Shown here one piece after another: positions 37,801 to 48,323 of a stretch of DNA of 64,000 bases (positions are counted from its first letter, which is position 1; each line of letters starts with the position of its first letter). Position numbers and translations under genes: made by a program. The stretch is from Lytechinus pictus. Its lineage: Eukaryota. Under the pieces are notes generated by a model. It worked only from the letters and a program-made list of their open reading frames with translations, had not been told where the DNA came from and searched no databases. The DNA lies in NCBI RefSeq assembly GCF_037042905.1, contig NC_087258.1, positions 20,832,001 to 20,896,000 of the forward strand. Reading direction: 5' to 3'.

Positions 37801-39621
37801 TTTTTCCCCCTTATCTCCTCCTTCAATCACAATCTCTTCGGTGTCCTGTTCTTCACTGTGATGCGTGGCTTCTTCTTCATAGAGTGTTTGATAATCTACA
37901 TTTGTTTGTCCATCATTATTTCTTTCTCGTGAGTGCTTAGATATCAAATGTTTTTTGAACCCACCTAATGTGTTGAAATGGCTTCTACACTGCTTTTGAA
38001 AACATGTTACATGCACTCTGCGCCCATAGCGAATTTGATGGGAATGTTTAAAATGAAAGAACAGGGATTGGATTCCTCCAAAAGATTTCAAGCATTTAAA
38101 GCATTTAAAAGACATACGTGTACCTCTTCTCTCCATCCTTTGGTAAATTTGATTCTTTTTCCAATCTTTGGAATTAGCTCCTTGATGCTATCTTCATTGA
38201 GGTCTGGTAGAAGATGGATGTCAATATCATTGTCTGGAGGCAAGAAAATGAGAAAAAAAGAAAACAAAAAGAAGTTGTATGAGAGGGGAAATATATAAAT
38301 GTCTAAATTGATAAGCTAGTCTTACTTACCAATAACTTATGTGAAATATTTATCATCTGATTAATTATTAAAGAGTGATATTCAAATTTCTGTGAACAAT
38401 CAAAAGTATTCCAGCTATACAGCGTGTCCCATTTTACCTTTGACCAAAGCATATCATTGAGGTCAGTATAGGGCATCTACCAATCAAGTTTGGTTACAAA
38501 CAGATGCAGGGTTGGAAAGTTATTGACCCTCTTACCCCCAAAACTTCACATTGACCCTCATTTGACCTTTGACCTACATATGTGACCTTTGATCCCAGCA
38601 TATCATAAAGGCCAATATAGGGCATCTACCAATCATGTTTGGTTACAAACAGATCCACGGTTGGAAAGTTATTGACCCTAATAGACTCTTACCCAAAAAC
38701 TTCACTTTGACCTTTGACCCCAGCATATACCTAGTGCATGGTCATGCTGCATGGTATGGGCTAGACCGACGGTTGTTCCGCTGAGATTATACATCTGGCT
38801 CCTCTGTAGTCCTGTACATAGACTGAAGTACGGCATATGGGGTAGTGTGTGGAACTGGAAGGAATGGATCGGTTCGGCCGGACCGCGAGACGAATGAAGA
38901 TGCGAGTTTTTTAACTCTTTACGTCTTCATATATCCACTTTGGCTGCAATATTACATTCCATCTTATTTTCAAAAATTTCGCTATTGCAATTAAATTTAA
39001 AGAATTTTATGTAGGCCTAGGGCCTAAGTAAGAAATAGGTCTAAACTGTTAGGCCTAACTTGTTAGATTCTATACAAAATTCTTATGTCTGATTTATGGA
39101 TCAGACAATTAACTTAACTTTTGTTAGATCTAACGTTAGGCCTAACCTTAAATAAAGAAAAACGGGGGAGAACGTTTTTGTACCAAAAGTGGTACAAAAT
39201 CGGCTCAATCTCACCCCGTTGTGCGAGCCGGACGGGTTACCGTCTGTGTATGGCGAATGATGTTGTCAAATGACAAAGAATGACCCATACCAGACAAAGA
39301 TGAAAGAATGACCCATACCAGACCAGACTGTTATTTCTGTCTAACGTTAGGTATAGCCTAGGCTTGCCCCGGGAACCTCGACACGACGTCTTTAGTGTTC
39401 GGGCTGCCGCAGTAAAGCCTAGGCTATAGTACTAGTAGGCATGCATACTAGCGCATAGGCCTAGGCCTACTGTTAAAAAGTGATAGCGAATAATAGCTAT
39501 GACTGACCTTTGAACGTGTTCAACAGCTCAGGAACGCCCCATTTTTTTGTAACAAGGCCTCTAGGTCCAGGGCAGGATTGTCCATGTCCACATCATCGTC
39601 CAGATCATATTCAAGGTCCAT
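28900..39621 (-). CDS. Transposon-borne 10-exon SAM-domain (SAMD3-like) accessory protein, ~534 aa; 1-nt frameshift in exon 1 as assembled
   Basis: Exons with GT-AG boundaries and consistent phases: 39621-39508, 38233-38118 (alternative end 38124), 35125-34973, 34608-34466, 33178-33091, 32560-32383, 31931-31723, 31041-30882, 30525-30410, 29226-28900. SAM-like WGVPELLNTFK-DNDIDIHLLPDLNEDSIKELIPKIGKRIKF; AIITAFPCLRDP..YGYEAW; C-terminal AVDVAFKSTFVFDVDY..VWHFLQSVVY. Confidence 0.8.
33630..34200. mobile_element. Tc1/mariner-like MITE remnants nested in an intron of the SAM gene
   Basis: Ends ...GACAGGTTTGACTG-TA (~33733) and ...GGCCACCCTG-TA (~34199); internal inverted repeat 33840-33880 vs 34035-34075. 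Confidence 0.5.
35641..38136 (-). CDS. EnSpm/CMC-family DDE transposase (831 aa, or 824 aa from ATG 38115), intronless, N-terminal C2H2 zinc fingers
   Basis: C..C..H..H fingers; LYSDDFETANPLGSKRGKHK, VTGDNLG..LG..FS...CRLC, DVMHD..E, TPKQHFLTHYP and RFEGKHK motifs; uninterrupted ORF lying between matching TIRs. Confidence 0.92.
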   Translation of the reverse strand: MERRGTRMSFKCFKCLKSFGGIQSLFFHFKHSHQIRYGRRVHVTCFQKQCRSHFNTLGGFKKHLISKHSRERNNDGQTNVDYQTLYEEEATHHSEEQDTEEIVIEGGDKGEKTPHANEAALLIAKLRNSSRVPTSFVEEVLENVEEIFDNFVDHVQEKITKVAENVTDEAAKVELEQLLNETSNPFSDLKTEHQKRAYFKKCGAFISPEEKILGHYFKATIDSSSGTSLQVRHEETFQYIPVSQSLKQHLEQPGVLEAIHSAQESGDQVLESYRDGDHFKEKYSHEESLVIPLLLYSDDFETANPLGSKRGKHKICAFYMSVLSLPPVYQARLDNILLVALATTKSCTKYGMDSILKTVCSDLKDLSDNGLHINHDGRTVKVKPVLFQVTGDNLGINSMLGYTSSFSANYYCRLCKGHRAVLQSRTAEDKDLLRTRESYEEDIGKPLSDTGISRRSILNDLDNYHVTLNLCVDVMHDFAEAIIPLEMYLVLGRLIEERCFTLEELNARIQSYNYGFANRKNRPSPVKLSVITNPSGPSGQSAAQMMCLAYHLPLIIGDKVPEDSEEWELYLQLINILKTVMAPSISKAATFALKALICEHHRQFLRLFPERNLTPKQHFLTHYPRVLRALGPLCQYSSIRFEGKHKVFKAIANSSCNFKNIAKTLSEKHQMARCYAFLSEQSIQCKDLELSQQLDINLSWLALGNKISDVLTCDKDIIVSTSKMAVIHGYEYRAGTCVITQWTEDGPTFGKVLHVLLMNSEVLLVLKMFETVNFSSHFQAYAVHEDGDKQSKIAVVKPCKLFDYHPLTATQIHKVHFEEDTRYIAVRFNFL

Positions 39622-41143
39622 GATATCATATGTAATCAGTTTCTAACTTCCAGCGGATGATTATGATAATGATGATCCCCTTTTAATCTGGCCGACTCGA
39701 TACGTACCGGGTACGTGCATGCGAGTGATATTGTGTGCGACATCGCCTCGTGCATATATATGCCATCATATGGGCGTAACATGCCCAGTAATGGTGAAAT
39801 AAATGCTCATGATGGGCGAAACGTGGTTTCAGCTGGCCATCGTGCACCAGTATTGCAACGGTACGTAGCTAGCTAGCGCTAGCGCGCGCAACGTGACATA
39901 ACTGTGTTCGCGCCGATATGCTGTTGTTGTTATTTGTTTTTAATTACCGGTATTTGCATTCAGTAGTGAATTTTTGAGCCATAAGTATTTTGCGCCCCTT
40001 TGCTAATTGCGCCAAAATTATGCCTATACTGTACATACTGGGTAAACACCAATGGATGAAATTGGGCATTATACCTACAAGTACAAGTACACCTGGTAAA
40101 ACTTCCCCAACACTGGGCGACATAAGTGGTTCCATTGTGCAGCCCGCACCCGTCGACGGGAGGGGGGGGGGGGGGTCTGAATTTCTTTTTTTGTGGGATG
40201 TGTTTTGCAAGAATGCCTATAGCAAAGTAGGGGGCCGAGGATAATCATAATGAGTCGGCAATCTATATGCATGCAGTGACTATAAAACAATACCATATTC
40301 AGGCTATTAACATTATAGTTACCCAGAATCAGGTCGATATTATATATAGGCATGGTTTTTGACACAATGTTGGATTTATGCTTAGGCCTAGCTACTTTCA
40401 AAAGTTGGGAACGAATATACCCAATGTGGTAAGCCTTTAGATATGCCCAATTTTCATTTACCCAGTGCTTAATTGTTATAAACTCATTACGTGTGGGCAT
40501 GCCTTACGTTTTGTTATGTTGGGTATATAGTTACCCACATAGCTGTAGGTTAATAATGGCCAATTTGTTTTTACCCGTTGGTATTTGGTGTTTACCCAGT
40601 ATATAGGCATTATGTTTTGTTTCCATGATGAGTAAATGCACTGTAGTTGGGGAAGTTTGACCCAGTTGTAGGTATATTTGTATTTTCCCAGTGCTGATTG
40701 CCCAGTATGTAGGCATTTTTCTTTTGCCCTATGTAGGGTAAATGCGTGTAGTAAAAAGGCTGGGAAAATTTTACCCAACCTTTGCCCAATTTCCATTTAC
40801 CCAGTGGAGTTTACCCAATATTTTTAAGAGTGTAGAAGCAATTGCAACGTTGATTTGTACCAACTTTATAGCATGAAAATATTGAAAATATGTTATCAAT
40901 AGGCTGACTGATTTAAATCTGTAAAATTAATATTTGTAAAAACTTAAATCCGTTTAACATTATCAATACATTTTAATGTTAGATCATTTCATTCGCTATA
41001 ACGTAGACTTCCATGTGTAGTAGAGAAGCTCTATCAAAACAAAAGAGAACAAATGAAAACAAATGGATTTACGATTGCTTTTATGAGAGATGAAAAGTAG
41101 CTTCTTTATAAAAGTGAACCCAGCAAACGAGGGGAAGTCTACC

Positions 41144-41275
41144 GGGGCCCCGTATCACAAAGCGTAGCAATGATCATAGAACATTTTTCTTCGATTGATT
41201 GCATTGACTATAATGTACAATCAATGGTGAAAATCGAGCGTGCGATTAATTGCTAACCTTTGTGTTACGAGACCT
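41144..41275. mobile_element. Small MITE (Harbinger-like); duplicate at ~42573-42704
   Basis: Imperfect TIR GGGGCCCCGTATCACAAAG / CTTTGTGTTACGAGACCT. Confidence 0.55.
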
Positions 41276-41699
41276 AGGAGTTGCTCTCTAAAAGCTACCA
41301 ATTAAGAACATTAACACCAACATAGATCGAGCACATAATTATGGAGGTTTTTTTTTTTTTTTTTTTTTTTTTAAATGAACCTATGTGTTTCTCAGTTTTA
41401 ATTAAACTCTGAATATCATAATTTTGAATCGAGTCTGTTCAAACTTTGAATGCGAATTAAAAGGGTGGGAGAGAGGGAGATAGTGAGAGAAAGAGAGGGA
41501 GAGGGAAAGGGAGAGACATGGGGAGTAGAAGGGGGGGGGGGGGGTAAAGGGAGGAAGAGAGAGAGGGGGGGTGAATATGGGAGGAGTGGCTCAGGGGTGC
41601 ATGGGATTAAACCAGAGCTAGAATCAAAGAGAAGAGGATAAGGAGAGAAATCTTTAGATCTATCACAAATAATAACTGATTATTTTCTATTAACGTCCC

Positions 41700-41762
41700 C
41701 CAACTGTCCCCCAACCGTGTCGATGATCTCTGCCTCAAATGTCTCCATCAATGGTTGCGTAG
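41700..41762 (+). pseudogene. ~60-bp relic of TRIM exon 1 (second copy 43126-43188)
   Basis: CCAACCGTGTCGATGATCTCTGCCTCAAATGTCTCCATCAATGGTTGCGTAG aligns to 10702-10752. Confidence 0.8.
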
Positions 41763-44700
41763 GGTTAGATGAGAGGAAGATAGACAGAAAAAAAAATCTT
41801 TAGAAATATCACAAATCAAACATGAATGAATAATTGCGGCCCCACAATCTGAAACCATGTCTCTAAGCAATTAAGAATTGAAGTTAATATGAAAAGGAAA
41901 GTATTTAAGAACTATATAGTCCTCTTCAAGGGGGGGGGGGGGGTGCTAGGGAACTGGAATTTAATATTTAAACGTTGCCTGAAATGAGGGGATTAGGCAA
42001 CGTGAGGTGGGGGGGGGGGGGGGTTACTGGTTGGTGAATGAATAAAGGTGATAATGATATCCCTTGGGAAAGTAGTTGGGGAAGTTTGACCCAGTTGTAG
42101 GTATATTTGTATTTTCCCAGTGCTGATTGCCCAGTATGTAGGCATTTTTCTTTTGCCCTATGTAGGGTAAATGCGTGTAGTAAAAAGGCTGGGAAAATTT
42201 TACCCAACCTTTGCCCAATTTCCATTTACCCAGTGGAGTTTACCCAATATTTTTAAGAGTGTAGAAGCAATTGCAACGTTGATTTGTACCAACTTTATAG
42301 CATGAAAATATTGAAAATATGTTATCAATAGGCTGACTGATTTAAATCTGTAAAATTAATATTTGTAAAAACTTAAATCCGTTTAACATTATCAATACAT
42401 TTTAATGTTAGATCATTTCATTCGCTATAACGTAGACTTCCATGTGTAGTAGAGAAGCTCTATCAAAACAAAAGAGAACAAATGAAAACAAATGGATTTA
42501 CGATTGCTTTTATGAGAGATGAAAAGTAGCTTCTTTATAAAAGTGAACCCAGCAAACGAGGGGAAGTCTACCGGGGCCCCGTATCACAAAGCGTAGCAAT
42601 GATCATAGAACATTTTTCTTCGATTGATTGCATTGACTATAATGTACAATCAATGGTGAAAATCGAGCGTGCGATTAATTGCTAACCTTTGTGTTACGAG
42701 ACCTAGGAGTTGCTCTCTAAAAGCTACCAATTAAGAACATTAACACCAACATAGATCGAGCACATAATTATGGAGGTTTTTTTTTTTTTTTTTTTTTTTT
42801 TAAATGAACCTATGTGTTTCTCAGTTTTAATTAAACTCTGAATATCATAATTTTGAATCGAGTCTGTTCAAACTTTGAATGCGAATTAAAAGGGTGGGAG
42901 AGAGGGAGATAGTGAGAGAAAGAGAGGGAGAGGGAAAGGGAGAGACATGGGGAGTAGAAGGGGGGGGGGTAAAGGGAGGAAGAGAGAGAGGGGGGGGTGA
43001 ATATGGGAGGAGTGGCTCAGGGGTGCATGGGATTAAACCAGAGCTAGAATCAAAGAGAAGAGGATAAGGAGAGAAATCTTTAGATCTATCACAAATAATA
43101 ACTGATTATTTTCTATTAACGTCCCCCAACTGTCCCCCAACCGTGTCGATGATCTCTGCCTCAAATGTCTCCATCAATGGTTGCGTAGGGTTAGATGAGA
43201 GGAAGATAGACAGAAAAAAAAATCTTTAGAAATATCACAAATCAAACATGAATGAATAATTGCGGCCCCACAATCTGAAACCATGTCTCTAAGCAATTAA
43301 GAATTGAAGTTAATATGAAAAGGAAAGTATTTAAGAACTATATAGTCCTCTTCAAGGGGGGGGGGTGCTAGGGAACTGGAATTTAATATTTAAACGTTGC
43401 CTGAAATGAGGGGATTAGGCAACGTGAGGTGGGGGGGGGGGTTACTGGTTGGTGAATGAATAAAGGTGATAATGATATCCCTTGGGATCTGCTGCCGTAG
43501 CAAGAAAAGGGGGCCGAAAGAAATTACCCGTCCTTCCACTATATATGTGACTATACCCTACGGCCTATTAATCTACAAGTAACTCCCTTTAAAAAAATAT
43601 GAGGAAAACATTACTAAGCTCCTACATATCACGCTATGTGCTTTAAAGACTGATTAGATTATAGCCTTCTTTGAATTTGTCATTTTTAATAGGTAAATGA
43701 TTCTTTAAATCTACCCTTTTTCTCATTGAAACTATTAAAGAACCTTTCAACCAAAACAATCATTTTAAAAGATCTTCTTTTCCAGGTATTATCACGTGAC
43801 CAATTTTCCAGATCACATTCTATATAGAAATATTGTTTGATTTGCGCCAATACTCTTTAAACAAATCAGTCAAATTGACTAGACCAGTAGTCAGCTGGGT
43901 GCAACTGATATGGCAATCACTGATAGTCACGTTTTTAGAGTGTGTTGGGACGGATCTGAGTATTTATGAATTTGGTGGAGAAAATGTTATGTTTATCTTT
44001 AAAAACAAAGACAAATCAAACACACCAATCAATCAGACTAGGAAAAAAAAGGGGGAAAAAAACTAAACAAGCAACAAGCACGGCGACTCAAACACCCCAA
44101 CTTTTTAGCTAAACGTGATCATTCAAGAAAAATAAGCACTTGACAAAATAATTACAGTTCGATGACTTCGATTTATAATTAAAAATGATTCGAATGTTTT
44201 CTTTGACAAATTTACAACTCAAAGAAATGCCTGTATGATATATCCAATAATTAAAGACAGTAAATAAAGTTATGTCGAATATTCAAAGGAATTATAACAG
44301 AGCAATTGATTATGTAATAAAATAGGATATAAACTCCAAAATAGGCCAAAGCGTTGAGAAGTTGACAGTTCGATCTACTTGGCGAATTGAGTTGTCCGAC
44401 CTGAACTTGGAATGGTGAAATACGTAGCTAGGCCTGTCGTATACAACGGAGAGTGGAAAACCGGTCTCGATGAATCATCGATCGATATCATGCAGGACAA
44501 AAATTCGTCTATGGTGAGGGTCTCAGTGGAACCCGATAAATATCAGGAAAAAGAAGTAAAAAGTCAGCTAAAACAGGAGTCCATTTCTCCTTTACAAAAT
44601 GAAGAGCCCAGACAGCATCAGTGAGGTATACGCTGTTGGGAAGCTAAGCCGACGATCTCGGGGAGATATTGGTTCAAATCCCCATAGAAAAAGATGTAAC

Positions 44701-45230
44701 CAAAATTAAACACCGACGACTCTGCTGAAGTATCAGCAACCGGGTTTTTTGTAAGAGTCCCCGTATCGTTAATTAAGAACGCACGAAACCGCCTTTACAG
44801 GGCGAGATCTAATTGGTCATTTTTCGTAACCAAGAAAAACATTATTTACATATTATTACTAAGTCCGTGTCTCTTAGGGTTCAACACGTATTGGGAATGC
44901 TTTCTTTTGAAATTCACCTGCTGTTCCGGAAATACTGTCTTTAATAATAACAGGTGGAAATTTCTTTGCGTCCAACTAAAAAAAATCCAAATTGCATTTG
45001 ATTCTTTTTTTTTTTACACAGTATCACATAAAAGTGCTTTTGATTCTTGTTTTACACAGTATCACATAAAAGTGCTTTTGATTCTTTGATATCCTAAAAT
45101 AAACTCAGAAATTGTCACTACATAAAATCCCCTCCTAGTAAGGAAGTCATGAATATGTCTACTTACGACAAGCTATTTACTATCAACAGAACTACACAGT
45201 ATAATAGTCATACATAATTATGATAATTAA

Positions 45231-47317
45231 TTAACAAACTGCAATATAACGTTCTGGAAATCGAACATATCGTCCAGATCGAGTTTTTCGGATAGGTGCA
45301 GTGGGTGTACTCGTGTGCGAACTCTGCACTGCACTCTTTTCCACAGAGCTTGGAATTCTGCCTTTAACGATACTTTTCGATTTTGGTAGGCTTTCTTCCA
45401 GACTTTCTTGATTTTCAACGTATGCCACTTTCAAACGATCTATGCTAATCTGATCGCGTTTGCCATTAATGTCAAGCGTGAAAAATCGGTCTTTGCGCTT
45501 TAGCACCTTATAAGGTCCTTTGTATGGCTGTTGTAGCGGTTTGCGCACGGAATCTACCCTAACAAACACATACGAGCACGAAAAAAGATCTCTAGGAACA
45601 TGCGTCGATCCTTGCTTCGCTCTAGTAGGGATAAGAGTACATGACGCCATGTGTCTACGTAACCGGGAAATGTAGTCACTCGGATCTACATCAGTTCGCT
45701 CAGCCGTAACGAACTGTCCGGGTTGTCCCGAAAACTAGCTCTGCTGATGAGCATGACAAATCTGCTTTAATGGTAGAACGGATACCCAGGAGTGTCAAAG
45801 GTAATTGTTCACTCAATCGAGAAGGATCTTCGTAAGCCTTCAAGGCAGCCTTGAGTTGACGGTGAAATCTCTCTACCATCCCATTTGCCGCAGGATGATA
45901 GGCGGTTGTTCGGATGCGGGTTGTACCTAACAACTTAGTCAGTTCCGCGAAAAGGCGTGATCAAATTGCCTACCACGATCGGTGGTGACAGAGCTGGGTG
46001 CACCAAACATGGCAACCCACCTTTCTACGAAGGTTTTGGCAACTGTTTCTGCGCGGATATCGGTTATCGGGATGGCTTCCGGCCATCTGGTAAAACGGTC
46101 TATACACGTAAGTAGATATGTATAACCATTCGAATGGGGCAACGGACCAACGAGATCCAGATGAACGTGTGCGAAACGCGCGTCTGGGATACTAAAAGTC
46201 CCTTGTGGGGCTTTGTACATGTCTATTAGTCTTTGACCTCTGACACGGTAGACATTCTCGGGCCCATTTGCACACATCCTTATTAATCCCGGGCCATACG
46301 TAACGAGCGGTAATCGCACGCTGTGTTGCTCGGACTCCTGGATGAGAGAGTCCATGGATAGCATTGAAAACTGCCCTCCTATGAATCTTCGGGACGAAAG
46401 GACGGGTGAGTCCGTGAGAAGTATCGCATACGATTGAGCCACCAGTGGTGAGCCTTGGTACTTTTTTGAGCACCAGACTAGAATTGATCTCGGAATTGAG
46501 ATACGCTTGCAATTCTGAATCGGTTTCTTGTGCTTCCGCAATATCCGTGAAATCTATCCGAGATTCGGTATGCAAGGCGCTGATATCGGGTCGAGATAGG
46601 TGTCAGCCACCACATTGTCTTGACCTTTGACATATCTGATGTCTGTGGTGAACTGCGATATGAAATCCAAATGCCGGATTTCGCGGGGGCTATGACGATC
46701 TGGCTTGGCGTTTAATGCGTATGTTAAAGGTTTATGGTCGGTATAAACGCAGAAAGGACGACCTTCTAGCATGTACCGAAAATTTTTAATTGCCAAGTAT
46801 TAATGGCCAGCAACTCTCGCCCAAATGCGCTATACCTTGTTTCAGCAGGTAGCAATTTCCGCGAGAAGAATGCAATCGGCTCCCATGCATTGTCGTGGAG
46901 TTGCTGAATAACTCCACCAATAGCACGGTCTGATGCGTCGACCATCAAACTCAGAGGATAATCTGAATTTGGATAGGCCAATACCGTAATCTGCGCTAGT
47001 TTCTCTTTGACTTCAACGAAAGCGGCCGTACAAGCAGGCGACCAATCTAGCGGTTTCTTGGATCGCTTCTTACGATTGCGCAGGAGGTCGGTGAGAGGCA
47101 TGAGGATATGCGCGCAGTTAGGAATAAATCTACGGTAAAAGTTCACTAAGCCGAGAAATCCTCGCAACTGCTTCAGTGTTGTGGGGACACTGCAGTTCCG
47201 AATCGCATCCACTTTGTCCGGGAGTGGACTGACTCCATCGCGGTTGATACGGTGACCTAGAAATTCTAGCTCCGATCGGCCAAAAACGCACTTGTTTGGG
47301 TTGACGACAACACCATT
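45231..47317 (-). mobile_element. Decayed Ty3/Gypsy pol (end of RT, RNase H, integrase), CsRn1-like
   Basis: [96 protein letters not shown]; at least 4 frameshifts; no LTR recognised. Confidence 0.92.
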
Positions 47318-47664
47318 TGGATAATACCTTTGGATAATATTATCCGAAGCTGTGTTTCTATTCGGACAATATTATCTGAAACTGTGATTCCGTTCGGATA
47401 ATGTTATCCAAAGCTGTGTTTCTATTCGTATAATCTTATCCGAAGCTGTGTTTCTATTCGGACAATATTATCTGAAGCTGTGTTACCTTTGGATAATATC
47501 TGAAGCTGTGTTTCCGTTCAGATAATCTTATCCAAAGTCACGTTTTCTTCGGACACTGTTGCCCGAAGCTGTGTTTCTATTCGGATGATCCTATCCGAAG
47601 CCTGTGTCTATTCAGATAATATTGTCCGAAGCTGTGTTTTATCTTTAGATAATATTGTCCGAAT
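47318..47664. repeat. ~32-bp palindromic tandem array (~11 copies)
   Basis: Consensus TTCGGATAATATTATCCGAA (20-bp palindrome) + GCTGTGTTTCTA. Confidence 0.9.
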
Positions 47665-48323
47665 GAAAATAATTTTATGATATTATGCAAAGGTCAACCA
47701 CTTTGTACTATGTGTCAGTTTTATTTTTACATTGTGATGCTCTGCAATGATGTTATTAAATAGTCCCTTACCTTCTATTTCACATTACTAAATTTCTTAT
47801 TATTTTTCCAGTGTGAAAGTGGTTTGAGATGTGTTTGGATGCCCTGTTGTATTCAGATGTGAACAGGTATGATAGGATATAATTAGAATATAAAAAAGCA
47901 GAGAACGGTGAAAGAGCATAGATTGTGAGGTTAATGGTACAAAATTATGAAAGATTGAAGTTAACACTGGCATAGTAGTGAAAAATAAGAAAATAATGAT
48001 GTTGTTGTGAATGAGGTGAATGGACGACAATGAAAGAATTGTTGGTCATGGTGCTTGAGAAAATAAGCCCTTTTTTAAGGGTAAATGCTGTTGAAAATTA
48101 ATAATGATGATATGATAATGAATAATGCACAGAATAATCATATAAATTCTATGCATTTATTTTTGCTATGGCAATTGCCATGTTTTTCACAAGGAAATTG
48201 ACAAGGTCAACAAAATTTAAATTTTGGGCAAAAATGAACAAAAAATTGTCCATTTTGAAAAGATATATTATTTTTAGAGAAAATTCATACAGATAGATTC
48301 CACTATCTTTAATTTTAGATTAA

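Larger units (their letters stand above)
26746..40832 (-). mobile_element. Full-length EnSpm/CACTA (CMC) DNA transposon, 14.1 kb, two genes
   Basis: TIR CACTCTTAAAAATATTGGG / CCCAATATTTTTAAGAGTG; TA TSD (26744-45, 40833-34); subterminal TTACCCAA/TTGGGTAA motifs at both ends; encodes a transposase and a SAM-domain protein. Confidence 0.93.
40643..43487. repeat. ~1.42-kb direct tandem duplication (40643-42069 / 42072-43487) including the EnSpm right TIR
   Basis: Copies appear identical except for homopolymer lengths; second TIR ends at 42261 followed by TA. Confidence 0.92.

Noticed and set aside
38118-38233. In-frame SAM-transposase fusion protein
   Set aside because: The SAM frame stops shortly after the donor, the transposase is in the -1 frame, and I found no perfect slippery heptamer in the overlap.
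47318-47664. CRISPR-like palindromic array
   Set aside because: The linkers are ~12 bp and mutually similar rather than unique spacers, there are no cas genes, and the context is eukaryotic.
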